A stretch of 64,000 nt of DNA from Candidatus Altimarinota bacterium (GTDB taxonomy: Bacteria; Patescibacteriota; Gracilibacteria; CAIRYL01; GCA-016699755). Positions within the stretch are counted from its first letter, which is position 1, and every line of letters begins with the position of its first letter. The stretch lies in the NCBI GenBank assembly GCA_963664295.1, contig OY760935.1, forward strand, positions 320,001-384,000. The letters are read 5' to 3'. This document shows, in pieces, positions 19,260 to 29,645 of this stretch. Below the pieces are notes generated by a model that did not search any database, was not told where the DNA came from, and saw nothing but the letters and a program-made list of their open reading frames with translations. The translations under genes and the position numbers were made by a program.

Positions 19260-21251
19260 TTAATTTTTTTCCGAAAATAAATATTTAGTTTCCCTTCTTA
19301 AAGGCTCAAAGCGCCTTCCTCCACATTCCAAAAACTTCCCAAAAAATTCAACGAATTGCAATCTGCCTGAGTGAATAAAAGCACCAAGAAGATTAAGACC
19401 AATATTAATCAAATGACCGAAAAGAATAATAAATACAATAACAAAAATAGATAAATAAGAAGGAAGCATGCCTCCGATAGTCAAAGCTACAGAATTAAAC
19501 ACAGTGGCAATAATACCAGTAGCTAAACCAAGAGCAAACAAGCGAGAGTAAGAAAGCACATTAGAGAGCCAACTCATTGCTTCATCAACAAGTCCTAAAA
19601 TTCCAATAAGAATTCTAACAATAGGATTTTTGTTGCCAGTACCAAGCCCCCAAATAACAATTAGCAACAAAGCTAACGCACTCCATTTCATAATAGCAAC
19701 GATACTCTCAGAAGCACCCATTGTAGAACCAGCAACTAACCCTGCTGTCAAAAGAATAAGAACAGCAAGTAAAAAACTAGTAGTAATTGCTTCAAATACT
19801 TTATTGTTTTTCAATTTAATAACACCAGATAGGATTACTCCAAATAAAAGTTGGAAAAATCCCATACCATAAGCCAAAGGCATAATTTTATCAGTCAAAT
19901 CATTGATAGGATTAAATAATTGACCAATAAATTTACCATCTTTTACCAAAAAAGAAGGAGCTTGCTCCACGGTCAATCCAAACCAGCCACCAAAAGCAAC
20001 ACCCATAATAAAAGTGGTAAATCCACAAATAAACATAAGGCGAATCATTTTTCGCATTCCTTCAGCCAAAGGCAATGTTTTTAAGGCTAAAAAGCTAGCA
20101 ATAATCAATAAAACTCCATAACCAGCGTCAGTAAGACAAAAACCAAAGAAAACAGCAAAAAATGGAGCTAAATAAGGAGTAGGATCGATTTCGTCTTTTT
20201 GAGGAAGACCAAAAATTCTAGTGACAGACTCAAAAGCGCCAATTGCTTTGTTGTTTTTAATTTCCACAGGAACTTGTTCGTTTTCTTCGCTTTCAATAGA
20301 AATCAAATCAACATTTTTACTTGTTTTACTAAGTTCATTTTTAAGTTCATCCACTTTATCTTCAGGAACCCAGCCTTCAAGCATAACAACTTTTTCACTA
20401 CTGGCAGTCATCAATTTAGCTTTGTGCTTATTTTTACCCCAAAGATAATAATCATAAGTTAATTTAAGCTTATCAAGCTCTTTTGCCATTTCTTTTAATT
20501 CTTTTTCAAGATTAAAAATTGTACTCTTAGCTTCAACTTCTTCGTCAGCAAGTCTTTTTAGCTCTTCTTTCGGAGTTCGTTCACACTGAGAAAAATCCAT
20601 TTCATCAAAACGGAAAGACTCCAAAAGCTCTTCAACTTCTTTAGCGCTATCTTTATGAAAAAGCACCAAAAAATAAGTATTATTAGTAGTTTCTTCAATG
20701 CTTTCCGCATGAGTATAGTCAATACGAGAAAGGCGAATTAAAAAATCAGCAAAATCTTTAGTGCCAATTTCGCCTAAGCGCATTTCAGTATTATCAGTAT
20801 CACGATCAAAACGAGGAGAAAATTTTAAACTCTCCCACATAGCAAGAGTTCTACGAGTTTCTTCTATTTTTATAATATTTGCTTTTGCAAGGTTTAAGTC
20901 TTCTTCAATTTTTTCACCACGCCTAAATAAAGGTCTGTAGTCAAAATTACTAACAACTTTTTTAATATCTTCTTCATTTCCTTCTATTTGAGCACCAAGT
21001 AGTTTTTCACGAAAATTTTTCTTCTTATTTTCATAAGGAGTAAGAATGCGAATAAGAAAATCAAGCTGAGCAAGCTTAAGCTCATCTTCACTTGTTTTTT
21101 CTTCAGATGGAATAAAAACAGTTTCTTCAAGTTTTTCTTCGTTAATATCCGCAACTTCAAATTGCCCAAATTTTTGCAAACTATTGATAATTTGCTCAAA
21201 ATCATTTTTATAAGCCAAGAGTAAAGCCTTCTGCATGTTTACTATTGCCAT
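19260..21251 (-). CDS. ntpI: V/A-type ATPase subunit I (a)
   Basis: EGWVP, EIDPTP, DAGYG, LSYSRLFALGLA, HSGRLQFVEFF. Confidence 0.93.
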   Translation of the reverse strand: MAIVNMQKALLLAYKNDFEQIINSLQKFGQFEVADINEEKLEETVFIPSEEKTSEDELKLAQLDFLIRILTPYENKKKNFREKLLGAQIEGNEEDIKKVVSNFDYRPLFRRGEKIEEDLNLAKANIIKIEETRRTLAMWESLKFSPRFDRDTDNTEMRLGEIGTKDFADFLIRLSRIDYTHAESIEETTNNTYFLVLFHKDSAKEVEELLESFRFDEMDFSQCERTPKEELKRLADEEVEAKSTIFNLEKELKEMAKELDKLKLTYDYYLWGKNKHKAKLMTASSEKVVMLEGWVPEDKVDELKNELSKTSKNVDLISIESEENEQVPVEIKNNKAIGAFESVTRIFGLPQKDEIDPTPYLAPFFAVFFGFCLTDAGYGVLLIIASFLALKTLPLAEGMRKMIRLMFICGFTTFIMGVAFGGWFGLTVEQAPSFLVKDGKFIGQLFNPINDLTDKIMPLAYGMGFFQLLFGVILSGVIKLKNNKVFEAITTSFLLAVLILLTAGLVAGSTMGASESIVAIMKWSALALLLIVIWGLGTGNKNPIVRILIGILGLVDEAMSWLSNVLSYSRLFALGLATGIIATVFNSVALTIGGMLPSYLSIFVIVFIILFGHLINIGLNLLGAFIHSGRLQFVEFFGKFLECGGRRFEPLRRETKYLFSEKN

Positions 21252-21254
21252 GGA

Positions 21255-21578
21255 TTATTTTGATAAAAAAGTAGATTTTGTATAACTAACAACTTCTTTG
21301 ACAGCATTTTGAAGATTGCCTTCAGCCGTACTATTTGCATTATTTGCATCTGCCTTTCCTTTTTCTGTCATTTTTGCAAAATCATTTGCACAAGCTTTTT
21401 TCTTTTCAGTTAAGCGAGCGCGCATTTCGTCTTTTGCAAGTTCTTCTGCCTTCTGAATAAGTTCATCAGCTTCTTTTTTTGCGTCAGATAAAATCTGATC
21501 TCTTTTTTCTTCAGCTTTAGATATAACTTTTTTGGCTTCTTCTTCAGCTTTTTGAATTTCTATGATTGGATTTTGCAT
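21255..21578 (-). CDS. V/A-type ATPase peripheral-stalk subunit G/H
   Basis: IQKAEEEAKKVI coiled coil; first gene of the operon; likely start is ATG 21578. Confidence 0.75.
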   Translation of the reverse strand: MQNPIIEIQKAEEEAKKVISKAEEKRDQILSDAKKEADELIQKAEELAKDEMRARLTEKKKACANDFAKMTEKGKADANNANSTAEGNLQNAVKEVVSYTKSTFLSK

Positions 21579-21825
21579 CTTTTGTTTATCAAAAATGTCC
21601 AAAATATTCTCAATAAGTCTGCATAAATTGTCAATACCAATTTTTTTAAAAAATATATAAACATAGGTAAGAAGCCAACTCTTTTAAATAAGTTTTTTGT
21701 TATTGGTTTGCAAACTTAAAAAAATATTTCATAATATAAATTTTTTAAACTAAAAATAAGGATTGTTTTATCTTGACTTATTTAAGTTTTTATTATATAA
21801 ATAATAACTATTTTTTAGAGACTTA

Positions 21826-22704
21826 ATGCGAGCAAAAGAAAATCCTAATAATAAGGTTTTATTAGACGCAACAAATGCGCCGGAACATCACACAACAAAC
21901 ACCTTAACAGGTTTAACAGTATCTGAATTGCAAGATTTAGCAGGGTTTCGTTTTCAATTTTCCGATCCAGGCTTAATATCACTAGATCCTGATAATGTAA
22001 GAACAGTTTCTACTTTTAAGGGCTTAAAACATAAAGAGTTGTCTGAGGATCAGAAAAGACTTTATGAAGAACTTTTTGACCTGCTTAGTAGTGAGGATGA
22101 TCTTGCAACTTTTAACAAAAAAAGGAAAGAAATTAATGCGATTATGAATCAAATTACAGATATAACACCATATTATGCAGCAGAATTGATCAGAAAATTA
22201 AATGAAGCAGAGGTAGAGAGAAAAGGTGGCATAACAGTTGCAGGGCTTATTTTGCCAAACCTTACAAACATTACTCCTGAAGTTGCTGAAATATTTGCTG
22301 GCTATAAAGGTAATTTTGTAAAATTAATAGGTACTGAAAATTTACCCCTAAAAGCAATAAAATTTATCGCAGAAAGCAAAAGCGAGCGCAAAAATTCAAG
22401 ACACTTAACATTGCATCTTAAAGCTCTAACTCCAAAAATTGCAAAAATGTTTTTAGATCTTGATATAAAAAAACTTTCTTTAGCTATTGATAATCCTATT
22501 AGCCCAAAATCAGCAAAAATATTAGCAAAATCATCAATAGAATATATAAACTTAAAATTACATCCAATTGTTAATATAGATGCATTAACTGAGCTTGTTA
22601 AATTTCAAGGAAAAGGTTTGAATTTTTTTGGATTTAAAAAAACCCCAGAAATAAAAAAAATATTATCTCACGCAAAAGCAAAGCCTTTTTATTTGGTTAT
22701 TTAA
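21826..22704 (+). CDS. LRR-like repeat protein, paralogous to 9493-12780
   Basis: ITDITPYYAAELIRKLNE..GLILPNLTNITPEVAEIFAGYKG resembles LTTLTPDVAKKIIEKANE..GLTLPNVKKISTKVATEIIKYRG; TTGACT-17-TATAAA promoter upstream. Confidence 0.65.
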   Translation: MRAKENPNNKVLLDATNAPEHHTTNTLTGLTVSELQDLAGFRFQFSDPGLISLDPDNVRTVSTFKGLKHKELSEDQKRLYEELFDLLSSEDDLATFNKKRKEINAIMNQITDITPYYAAELIRKLNEAEVERKGGITVAGLILPNLTNITPEVAEIFAGYKGNFVKLIGTENLPLKAIKFIAESKSERKNSRHLTLHLKALTPKIAKMFLDLDIKKLSLAIDNPISPKSAKILAKSSIEYINLKLHPIVNIDALTELVKFQGKGLNFFGFKKTPEIKKILSHAKAKPFYLVI

Positions 22705-22707
22705 TAA

Positions 22708-23976
22708 TCACCCTTCTTCGCCACTGCCACCAACAAGATAAAAATATCCTCTTGGTTGAAAACGAGAGAAAAATCTTTTCATCTCACTGGTTTTATCAAC
22801 TCCTTTGTTGCGTACAAACTGAAACCAAGTTGCATCAAAACCAGCATGAGAACCAGAAAGAATTTGTCTTTCGCCAGGCGCTAAGTTGTCAGTGTATTCA
22901 ACTTTAGTAGGCAAAGCAGAGCGCCACCTGCCAGTATAAGGACCAAAAAGAGCAACCTCACGATTATCTTTTGTGCCATAAAAATGAAAATAAAGATTAG
23001 CTCCCTCTATTCTTGTTTGCATCAAGATAGCTCCAGGAGTGTCATTTTTAAATTTTAAATCCTTGCCACCAAGGTAAATAGTAGCGTCACTACCCCAAGG
23101 TGTATAATAATTAACAGCATAAGCATGTGGCCAACGCTCAACAATTTCTAGTCCAGACAATAATGCAGTACGAAAAGCAGTGGTCGAAACCTGGCATAAA
23201 CCACCACCATAATCAGGCACTGTTTTGTCTCCCTTAATAACAAGTTCTTTGCGATAACCTGTGCGAGCGCTAACTTCGCCCAAATTTGTATTAAAAGAAA
23301 AAACTTCCCCCTTAGGAATAAAAACACCATTAAATCTATTTGCTCCTGTGTGAATATTATGAACCCTATTGCCAGGAGAGCCAGAAAAATCAGATCCACC
23401 AATAGCAACTAATTCTTTTATGCCTTGTTTTTGTAATTCCTCATCATCTACTGTCACATTAGGCGCAATTTCTTCAAAAGAAAGCGTAATATAGGAAATA
23501 TCATTCAAAATTGCTTTTTTTATAATTTCAGCAGATTTTTTGCTATTTATTTTTTCCCCAAAAATACCAATACCTTCAAATTGAACAATACCTTCTTCAT
23601 TTTTATATATACGCACATTTTGAGGATCCTTGTTCCATTCTGTGCCAACATTTTCTTCTAAATATCTAGCAAGTTCATCTGTATTTATTGACCAATTTTC
23701 TTTTATTTCCACTCCATTAGGCAGGGGACTTATTTCTTCTTTATCTAAAGGACAATAATTATTTTGCTCAAAAACAACTTCCTCGCCTTTAAGAAGATAA
23801 TCTTTTTCTTTATGGAAAAATTCAGGGTGTTTAGCAAGATCAAGAGTAATAGCGTTAAAATTGTGTTTTAATGTCAGTGTTCTTTGCCATTTCTCAGGAA
23901 TACCATCATCAGCACTTGCCATGATGGGCAAGCTCATCATTATTACGCCAACGAATATCAATAATATTTTTTTCAC
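22708..23976 (-). CDS. VanW-family secreted protein
   Basis: Signal peptide; NRVHNI, FSFN, GGGLCQVSTT.FR..L.SGL...ER.PH, DATIY...DLKF.N. Confidence 0.88.
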   Translation of the reverse strand: MKKILLIFVGVIMMSLPIMASADDGIPEKWQRTLTLKHNFNAITLDLAKHPEFFHKEKDYLLKGEEVVFEQNNYCPLDKEEISPLPNGVEIKENWSINTDELARYLEENVGTEWNKDPQNVRIYKNEEGIVQFEGIGIFGEKINSKKSAEIIKKAILNDISYITLSFEEIAPNVTVDDEELQKQGIKELVAIGGSDFSGSPGNRVHNIHTGANRFNGVFIPKGEVFSFNTNLGEVSARTGYRKELVIKGDKTVPDYGGGLCQVSTTAFRTALLSGLEIVERWPHAYAVNYYTPWGSDATIYLGGKDLKFKNDTPGAILMQTRIEGANLYFHFYGTKDNREVALFGPYTGRWRSALPTKVEYTDNLAPGERQILSGSHAGFDATWFQFVRNKGVDKTSEMKRFFSRFQPRGYFYLVGGSGEEG

Positions 23977-23998
23977 TATTTAGATTGTCTTAATTTTT

Positions 23999-25474
23999 TT
24001 AATTTTTTTCAATGTTTTTCTTAATAACAAGTTTAATAAATTTATAAGTCGCATTCCAGATCCTTTTTATTCTTCTTGGTTCGGTCATTAACCTCCAAAA
24101 CCACTCAAGACCAAGAGAGCGAATTATTTTTGGAGCTCTTTTTTGAGTACCAACAATAAAATCAAAACTACCGCCAATTCCCATAGCAAAGGAGATTTTT
24201 GGCATTTTTTTTAAATTTCGATTGATCCAAATTTCTTGTGCAGGAGCACCAAAAGCAACAAAAAGCACCTCAGCTCCACTTTGGTTAATTTTTTTTATTA
24301 TTCTATGATCATCAAAAGCTTTTGAGCTACCTGAGTCTGTACCAGCCAACACAAAGCGAGAATTTCTTTTTTTAAAATATTTACCACATTTTTCTGCAAC
24401 ACCCTCTGCTCCGCCTAATAAAAAAACTTTTTTATCTGTTTTAAGGCAAAATTGCTTAAAAAGATCACTTCCTTGCGATCTTTCAAAAAGCAAGACTCTT
24501 TTTTTACTAAAAAGAAACTTAATTAAAGACAAAAAAGCAGTAAAAATATTTTTTGTCTTTGTTTGTAAAGCCCAAATAATTCCAGTGCCATCAGCAAAAG
24601 ACAAATCAGCTTTATTTAATATTTTTTTAAATTTTGGATTTTGATTTGCCTCAACACACATCTCCGGATTGGGAGTGACAACAAAAGTTTGTTTTTTCCC
24701 TCTAGAAGCTTGAATAAGATGATTTAAGGCTTGTTCTTTGGAAACAAGGTTAAAGTTTATTCCACAAATCTTTTTTTTATTTATTTTTTTGGCAATAATA
24801 CAAATATTAAAAGCATCATCTGGGCTAACTTTTTTTGCCTTACGGGTGAAAAAAGTTTCCTCAATTTCAAAAAAACTTTCCTTTAATAAATTTTCAAGCT
24901 CTTCATAATCAAAAGCATAATAATAACGAGGAGCTTTGCCTTTGCCAAAGGGGATAATTAAATCTTTTTGATCCCAAAATGGATTAAAAAAAGCTTTAAT
25001 GCGAGCCTTTTTTCTTTGAGGCTCATATTTTTTTTGACTCAATAAGTTCCAAACAGTAATAGCTAATTTACCATCTTTTTTAAGAACTCTATGTATCTCA
25101 GAAAGAGTTTTAAAGCGATCTTTTTTGTTTTTTAAATGATGAAAAGAAGCAATCAAAAAAACAGAATTAAAAAAATCATTTTCATAAGGCAATCTTTTTT
25201 GCATTAAGCCCTTTTTGAACTCAGTTTCAGGATATTTTTGACGAGCAAGCTCCAAAAGTTTTTCAGATATATCTAAACCAAAAGGGATAGCAGAATATCG
25301 CAATATAAAAGGAGTTAAGCGACCATTTCCACAGCCAAGATCAAGAATAAAATCATCTTTTTGGATAATTTTTTCAAAAAATTTAAAATCTGGCCATTCA
25401 TGAGTACGTGCAGAAGAAAAATCTTTTGCAAACAAGTCATAATCTGCCTTTTTTGTGTTAATAATCTTTTTCAT
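23999..25474 (-). CDS. Fusion of a class I SAM methyltransferase and a WecB/TagA/CpsF glycosyltransferase
   Basis: LDLGCGNGR and IASFHHL in the N-half; VTPNPE, ADGTG, GSDL, VAFGAPAQE.W, GIGGSFD, KRAP, GLEW.WRL in the C-half. Confidence 0.88.
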   Translation of the reverse strand: MKKIINTKKADYDLFAKDFSSARTHEWPDFKFFEKIIQKDDFILDLGCGNGRLTPFILRYSAIPFGLDISEKLLELARQKYPETEFKKGLMQKRLPYENDFFNSVFLIASFHHLKNKKDRFKTLSEIHRVLKKDGKLAITVWNLLSQKKYEPQRKKARIKAFFNPFWDQKDLIIPFGKGKAPRYYYAFDYEELENLLKESFFEIEETFFTRKAKKVSPDDAFNICIIAKKINKKKICGINFNLVSKEQALNHLIQASRGKKQTFVVTPNPEMCVEANQNPKFKKILNKADLSFADGTGIIWALQTKTKNIFTAFLSLIKFLFSKKRVLLFERSQGSDLFKQFCLKTDKKVFLLGGAEGVAEKCGKYFKKRNSRFVLAGTDSGSSKAFDDHRIIKKINQSGAEVLFVAFGAPAQEIWINRNLKKMPKISFAMGIGGSFDFIVGTQKRAPKIIRSLGLEWFWRLMTEPRRIKRIWNATYKFIKLVIKKNIEKN

Positions 25475-25503
25475 TAAATAATTATATCACTTTAATTTTG
25501 AAA

Positions 25504-26706
25504 TTATATTTTTTGCCATTCTTTATCCTGCCTGCACAGCTTCTCTGAGTCTTTTGGGTTTTGCAAAAGTTTTTTTACTGCTTTTTCAAGACGCACATTA
25601 TTTTGAGACCCTTTTATTAAAATTAAATCATTTTTTTGAAGTATTTTTTTAAGCTCCTCGCCAGCCTCGTCAGCATTTTTAAAGAATGTAAGAGGTTTTT
25701 TGTTGCCAACACCTTGATAAAAAGCTTCTTGATTTCTTTGTTCACCAACAAAAAATATCATGTCAGCATTTTTTACTGCTACTTCTGCTATTTCGTGATG
25801 AAAATTTTCAGATTTTTTGCCCAACTCATTCATATTACCAAGGAGTGCTATTCTTTTTCTTGCTGGTATTTTTGATAATGTTGTCAGCATTTTTTTAACA
25901 GCCTCAGGTGAAGCATTATAAGAAGAGTCCCAAATAATGCTTTCATTAACTCCTTTCAATATTCTTCCTCTACCTGGAGGCATTTTAAAATTTTCTAGAG
26001 CCTTTTTGATTTTTTCTGCTTTTATACCAGCCTTAAGCCCCAAAATAACCGCAGGAATAATAGAGCTATAATGAAAAGCTCCAAAAATAGGCACAAAATA
26101 CTTCACACCCTGATACTCAAAAGAAAAACCGTTTTTTTGGTCGCGTGCTGTTTTGCCATCAAAATAAATAGTTTCTTTTTTGGCTTTAAAAGTCTGTGTA
26201 TAGATACAATCTTTATTTATAACTCCAAGTTCTGCATTTTCAATTAGCTTTCCTTTTTCTTCTGCAATTTCGCCAAGTGAAGAAAATTGCCCCTTTTCCA
26301 TATGCACTGGTGCAATTTTGGTTAATATTGCTTTTTTTGGTTTTGCAACAGCTAATAATTCGTCCATATCTCCTTTAGTGTCTATCCCATATTCCAAAAC
26401 AAGCTTGTTTGGAATTTTTATTTTTTTAAATTGGATTTTTAATAAAATCCAAATCCACTTAAAAGGATTAGAAAAACCAGATTTTTCATTAACAATAGAA
26501 AGCAAAAGCCCAATAGGAGTATTAAAACCCCCCTTAGAAGCTTGTACGTCATATTGTAAAGACAGAATTTTGCTCAAGGCTTCTTTTGTTGTTGTTTTTC
26601 CTACTGATCCAGTTATTCCATATATCTCTACATTTTTATTTAAAAGCACCTTGTTGGCCTTTTTTTTGAGCAATAAAACAACCAGCTTTTTAAGAGCTTT
26701 TTTCAT
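25504..26706 (-). CDS. murF: UDP-MurNAc-tripeptide--D-Ala-D-Ala ligase
   Basis: GITGSVGKTTTKE, PGRG, DSSYNASP, LGNMNELG, KGSQ. Confidence 0.88.
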   Translation of the reverse strand: MKKALKKLVVLLLKKKANKVLLNKNVEIYGITGSVGKTTTKEALSKILSLQYDVQASKGGFNTPIGLLLSIVNEKSGFSNPFKWIWILLKIQFKKIKIPNKLVLEYGIDTKGDMDELLAVAKPKKAILTKIAPVHMEKGQFSSLGEIAEEKGKLIENAELGVINKDCIYTQTFKAKKETIYFDGKTARDQKNGFSFEYQGVKYFVPIFGAFHYSSIIPAVILGLKAGIKAEKIKKALENFKMPPGRGRILKGVNESIIWDSSYNASPEAVKKMLTTLSKIPARKRIALLGNMNELGKKSENFHHEIAEVAVKNADMIFFVGEQRNQEAFYQGVGNKKPLTFFKNADEAGEELKKILQKNDLILIKGSQNNVRLEKAVKKLLQNPKDSEKLCRQDKEWQKI

Positions 26707-26727
26707 CAAATAATTTAAATTCTATTA

Positions 26728-27510
26728 TTAAAAGCTTGAATCCAAAGAAAGGATATTTTTATCAAAATAATAACGATAAACAGTGTCATTTTCTCCAAAT
26801 AATTCTATATAGGCACCATTTCTTTTGCCAAATTTCACAGGACAATCATTGCAAGCGCCATCAGGCAAAATAACTTCACTCAAAACCTTATTTTCATAAT
26901 CATATTTAAGCATATGAAATTCTGATTCATTATTAAATCCAGCACCTAAGAAAAAGGCGGTTTTTCCTTCGCTAGACGCGCAACCACCAAAAAAATCCTC
27001 AGGTTTCAAAGAGCGATTTTGTAAAGAAAAGAAAATGGCTTCATTTTCTAATTCTGCTTTAAAATCGTTATACCAACCATTTGCATAAAACTTAGAAACA
27101 GCACCACAAGCGTCAAAAGCATATTCTTTTTGCTCAATTTGATTTAAATAATCCATAACTATGCCTTTAAATTCCCCAGCACCTTGAGATTGGGCACTAG
27201 GACGTTTTTTTAAATTAGCTTCCAAGGTTTTTATTTTTTGATTAGCTTTTTCAAGCTCTTCAATGCAAGCACCTGATTTTTCTTCACATTGTGTAATATC
27301 ATCATCACCTGTTGTTTCTTCGTCTGTATTTTCCTCTGCTCCTTCTTCAGTTTCAGCATTTTCTTCGTCTGTAGAGGCAATATTTTCATCAGAAATTAGA
27401 TTTTTTTCAGAAGGTGGCAAAAGTTCTTCTGTGTTTTCTTCTGTGCTTGTTTGTCCACATGCGCTTAAGAAAAGTAAACAAAAACTTAAAACAAATAATT
27501 TCTTTTTCAT
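26728..27510 (-). CDS. Hypothetical lipoprotein
   Basis: Lipobox LSAC; acidic linker; Cys pairs. Confidence 0.7.
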   Translation of the reverse strand: MKKKLFVLSFCLLFLSACGQTSTEENTEELLPPSEKNLISDENIASTDEENAETEEGAEENTDEETTGDDDITQCEEKSGACIEELEKANQKIKTLEANLKKRPSAQSQGAGEFKGIVMDYLNQIEQKEYAFDACGAVSKFYANGWYNDFKAELENEAIFFSLQNRSLKPEDFFGGCASSEGKTAFFLGAGFNNESEFHMLKYDYENKVLSEVILPDGACNDCPVKFGKRNGAYIELFGENDTVYRYYFDKNILSLDSSF

Positions 27511-27611
27511 TTTTTAATTTAAAAATTCTCTACCAGTTTGCCAAGTAATAAGCTTTCTTGCAAGAAAACTTGTTAATTTATTATACTTTAATCACTTTTT
27601 TATTTTTTAAT

Positions 27612-27914
27612 GTGAAAAAACAAGAAATAATTGGTAAAAAAGTCTCATTCAAAAGTGCTGCTTGGATTTCTTGGGTATATTTTTGGAAATCAATCGCTTT
27701 TAGTTTCTTATTTTTTATGATAATGATCTTAATAGCATTAATTTTATCTATAATTTTTTCTAATTCTTATAAAGAAATGGCTCTAAAAATTGTAAACAAT
27801 AATTTTTTTCAATTAATAATGTTTTTTATGCATATTTTTATTTATATTTTTGTATTACAAAGTAGCCTTAATAAAAAATATAGAAATTTTCGCATAATAA
27901 TGATTGAAAACTAG
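27612..27914 (+). CDS. Hypothetical membrane protein
   Basis: Two hydrophobic segments, ends KKYRNFRI; start uncertain (GTG 27612 or TTG 27558). Confidence 0.55.
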   Translation: MKKQEIIGKKVSFKSAAWISWVYFWKSIAFSFLFFMIMILIALILSIIFSNSYKEMALKIVNNNFFQLIMFFMHIFIYIFVLQSSLNKKYRNFRIIMIEN

Positions 27915-27976
27915 CTTAGAGCTATTGTTTTTTAGGCATTTATATGTTATTATTAAATAATATTTTTTTAAAAAAA

Positions 27977-28264
27977 ATGAATCAAGAAATTGAAAAAAAC
28001 CAAAAAAAACCTTTTAATGTTTTTACAAACAGTGCTGTTTGGACTGCTTTTTTAGTTTGGCTTATTATTGGTGGCATTTCAGTTCCTAAATATTTAAGTG
28101 GAACAGAAAAAGATCAAAAAGTAGGCATCATAATGATTATTATGATTGTTGTCTGGGAAGCATGGATTATTTTAAAAAAAGCCAAAAAATGGAGTTTTAT
28201 TATAGGTTTTCTTCTTGCTTTGCTTGCAGATGGAATTGCTTTCTACCTCCTTGTAATAATGTAA
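27977..28264 (+). CDS. Hypothetical membrane protein (about 3 TM)
   Basis: Hydrophobic segments; start ATG 27977 or 27944. Confidence 0.6.
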   Translation: MNQEIEKNQKKPFNVFTNSAVWTAFLVWLIIGGISVPKYLSGTEKDQKVGIIMIIMIVVWEAWIILKKAKKWSFIIGFLLALLADGIAFYLLVIM

Positions 28265-28285
28265 TCCTAAAATAGGCTTATAATT

Positions 28286-28318
28286 AAAACCTCTCAAAAT
28301 TAATTGAGAGGTTTTTTT
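28286..28318. terminator. Bidirectional terminator
   Basis: aaaacctctcaa-loop-ttgagaggttttttt between convergent genes. Confidence 0.75.
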
Positions 28319-28339
28319 AAATTCATGATTTTAATAATT

Positions 28340-29548
28340 TTATTCAGCTTCTTTTTCAGATACCTCCTCAGAAGTATCTTCTGCAACTGTTTCAAGATCA
28401 GCTTCAGCCACTTCTTCTGATTTTTCTGTATTAACTTGATTACCATCTTCAAGCTCAGCTAGTTTTTCCTTAAAAGCTTCATATTCTTCAGCATTATACA
28501 TATCTAATTCATATTCAACTAAATTAGAAGCAAGGCGTACATTTTGACCTTGCTTACCAACTGCAATAGCGCGTTCAGACTCATCAACAAATACAGCCGC
28601 CCTTCTTTTGATCTTGCGACCAGTTTCCGGATCAACACTTTCTTCTGGAGTCACAATTACAACATTGCGTATTTTTGCAGGCTGGAGAGCTCTTCCGATA
28701 AATTTAGTTGGATCTTCGTCCCATTCAATAACATCAACTCTTTCGCCACCAAGTTCGTCCATAATAGGGTGAATTCTTGCCCCCTTTTGTCCAATACAAG
28801 CACCAACAGGGTCAATTTTTGGATCATCAGTGCCAACAGCAATCTTGGAACGAGAACCAGCATCACGAGCCAAAGAAATAATATCAACTTCACCATGCTC
28901 AATTTCAGGAATTTCCTGCGCCATTAATAATTCAACTAATTTTGGTGCAGTTCTAGAAACTACCAGCTGAGGACCTTTTGTTGTTTGCTCAACTTTTTCC
29001 AAAAACACACGCATTCTTTTTCCAGGAAAATATTTTTCACCAGGGATCTGATTGCGTGGCATCAAAAGCACGGTAGTTCGTTCAATTTCCAAAAACACAT
29101 GAGAACCTTCCACGCGAGTGACATTAGCAGTTAAAAGCTGTCTTTCTCTGTCTTTAAACCTTTGAAAAAGTGATTTTCTTTCTGCTTCATTTAGTTTTTG
29201 TAAAACAACTTGTTTAGCAGCCTGAGCAGCAATTCTTCCAAATTCAAGCGGAGTGACATCAATTTTAATTTCTTCACCAACTTCTGCGTCATTTTTAATT
29301 TTTTGCGCTTCTTTGAGAGAAATTTCATAGTTTTCATTTTCAACCTCCTTTACAACTTCTTTAATAAGAAGAATAGTAGGGGAGTCAGAGTCGTCCCTAA
29401 GAACAACTTCAACTTCTTGCTCTTTGTTGCCATAATCTTTTCGCCAAGCAGTAGCAATGGCAATCTTTACAGCGTCAATCGCAACTTCTTCTGGAATGTT
29501 TTTTTCTGCGCAAATTTGGTTAAGCGCGGCTATGAATTGTGCTTTCAT
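28340..29548 (-). CDS. nusA: Transcription termination/antitermination factor NusA
   Basis: FGRIAAQAAKQV, S1 domain, ARDAGSRSKIAV, DPVGACIG, A.GK.GQNVRLA. Confidence 0.96.
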   Translation of the reverse strand: MKAQFIAALNQICAEKNIPEEVAIDAVKIAIATAWRKDYGNKEQEVEVVLRDDSDSPTILLIKEVVKEVENENYEISLKEAQKIKNDAEVGEEIKIDVTPLEFGRIAAQAAKQVVLQKLNEAERKSLFQRFKDRERQLLTANVTRVEGSHVFLEIERTTVLLMPRNQIPGEKYFPGKRMRVFLEKVEQTTKGPQLVVSRTAPKLVELLMAQEIPEIEHGEVDIISLARDAGSRSKIAVGTDDPKIDPVGACIGQKGARIHPIMDELGGERVDVIEWDEDPTKFIGRALQPAKIRNVVIVTPEESVDPETGRKIKRRAAVFVDESERAIAVGKQGQNVRLASNLVEYELDMYNAEEYEAFKEKLAELEDGNQVNTEKSEEVAEADLETVAEDTSEEVSEKEAE

Positions 29549-29645
29549 TTGTTTTAGACTAAAGAGAGGTATGATTTACTATTTAAATCATCCTAAATTA
29601 ATTTCATTTTTATTTTCTCATGCTCACAGAAAAAAAACAAGAATT

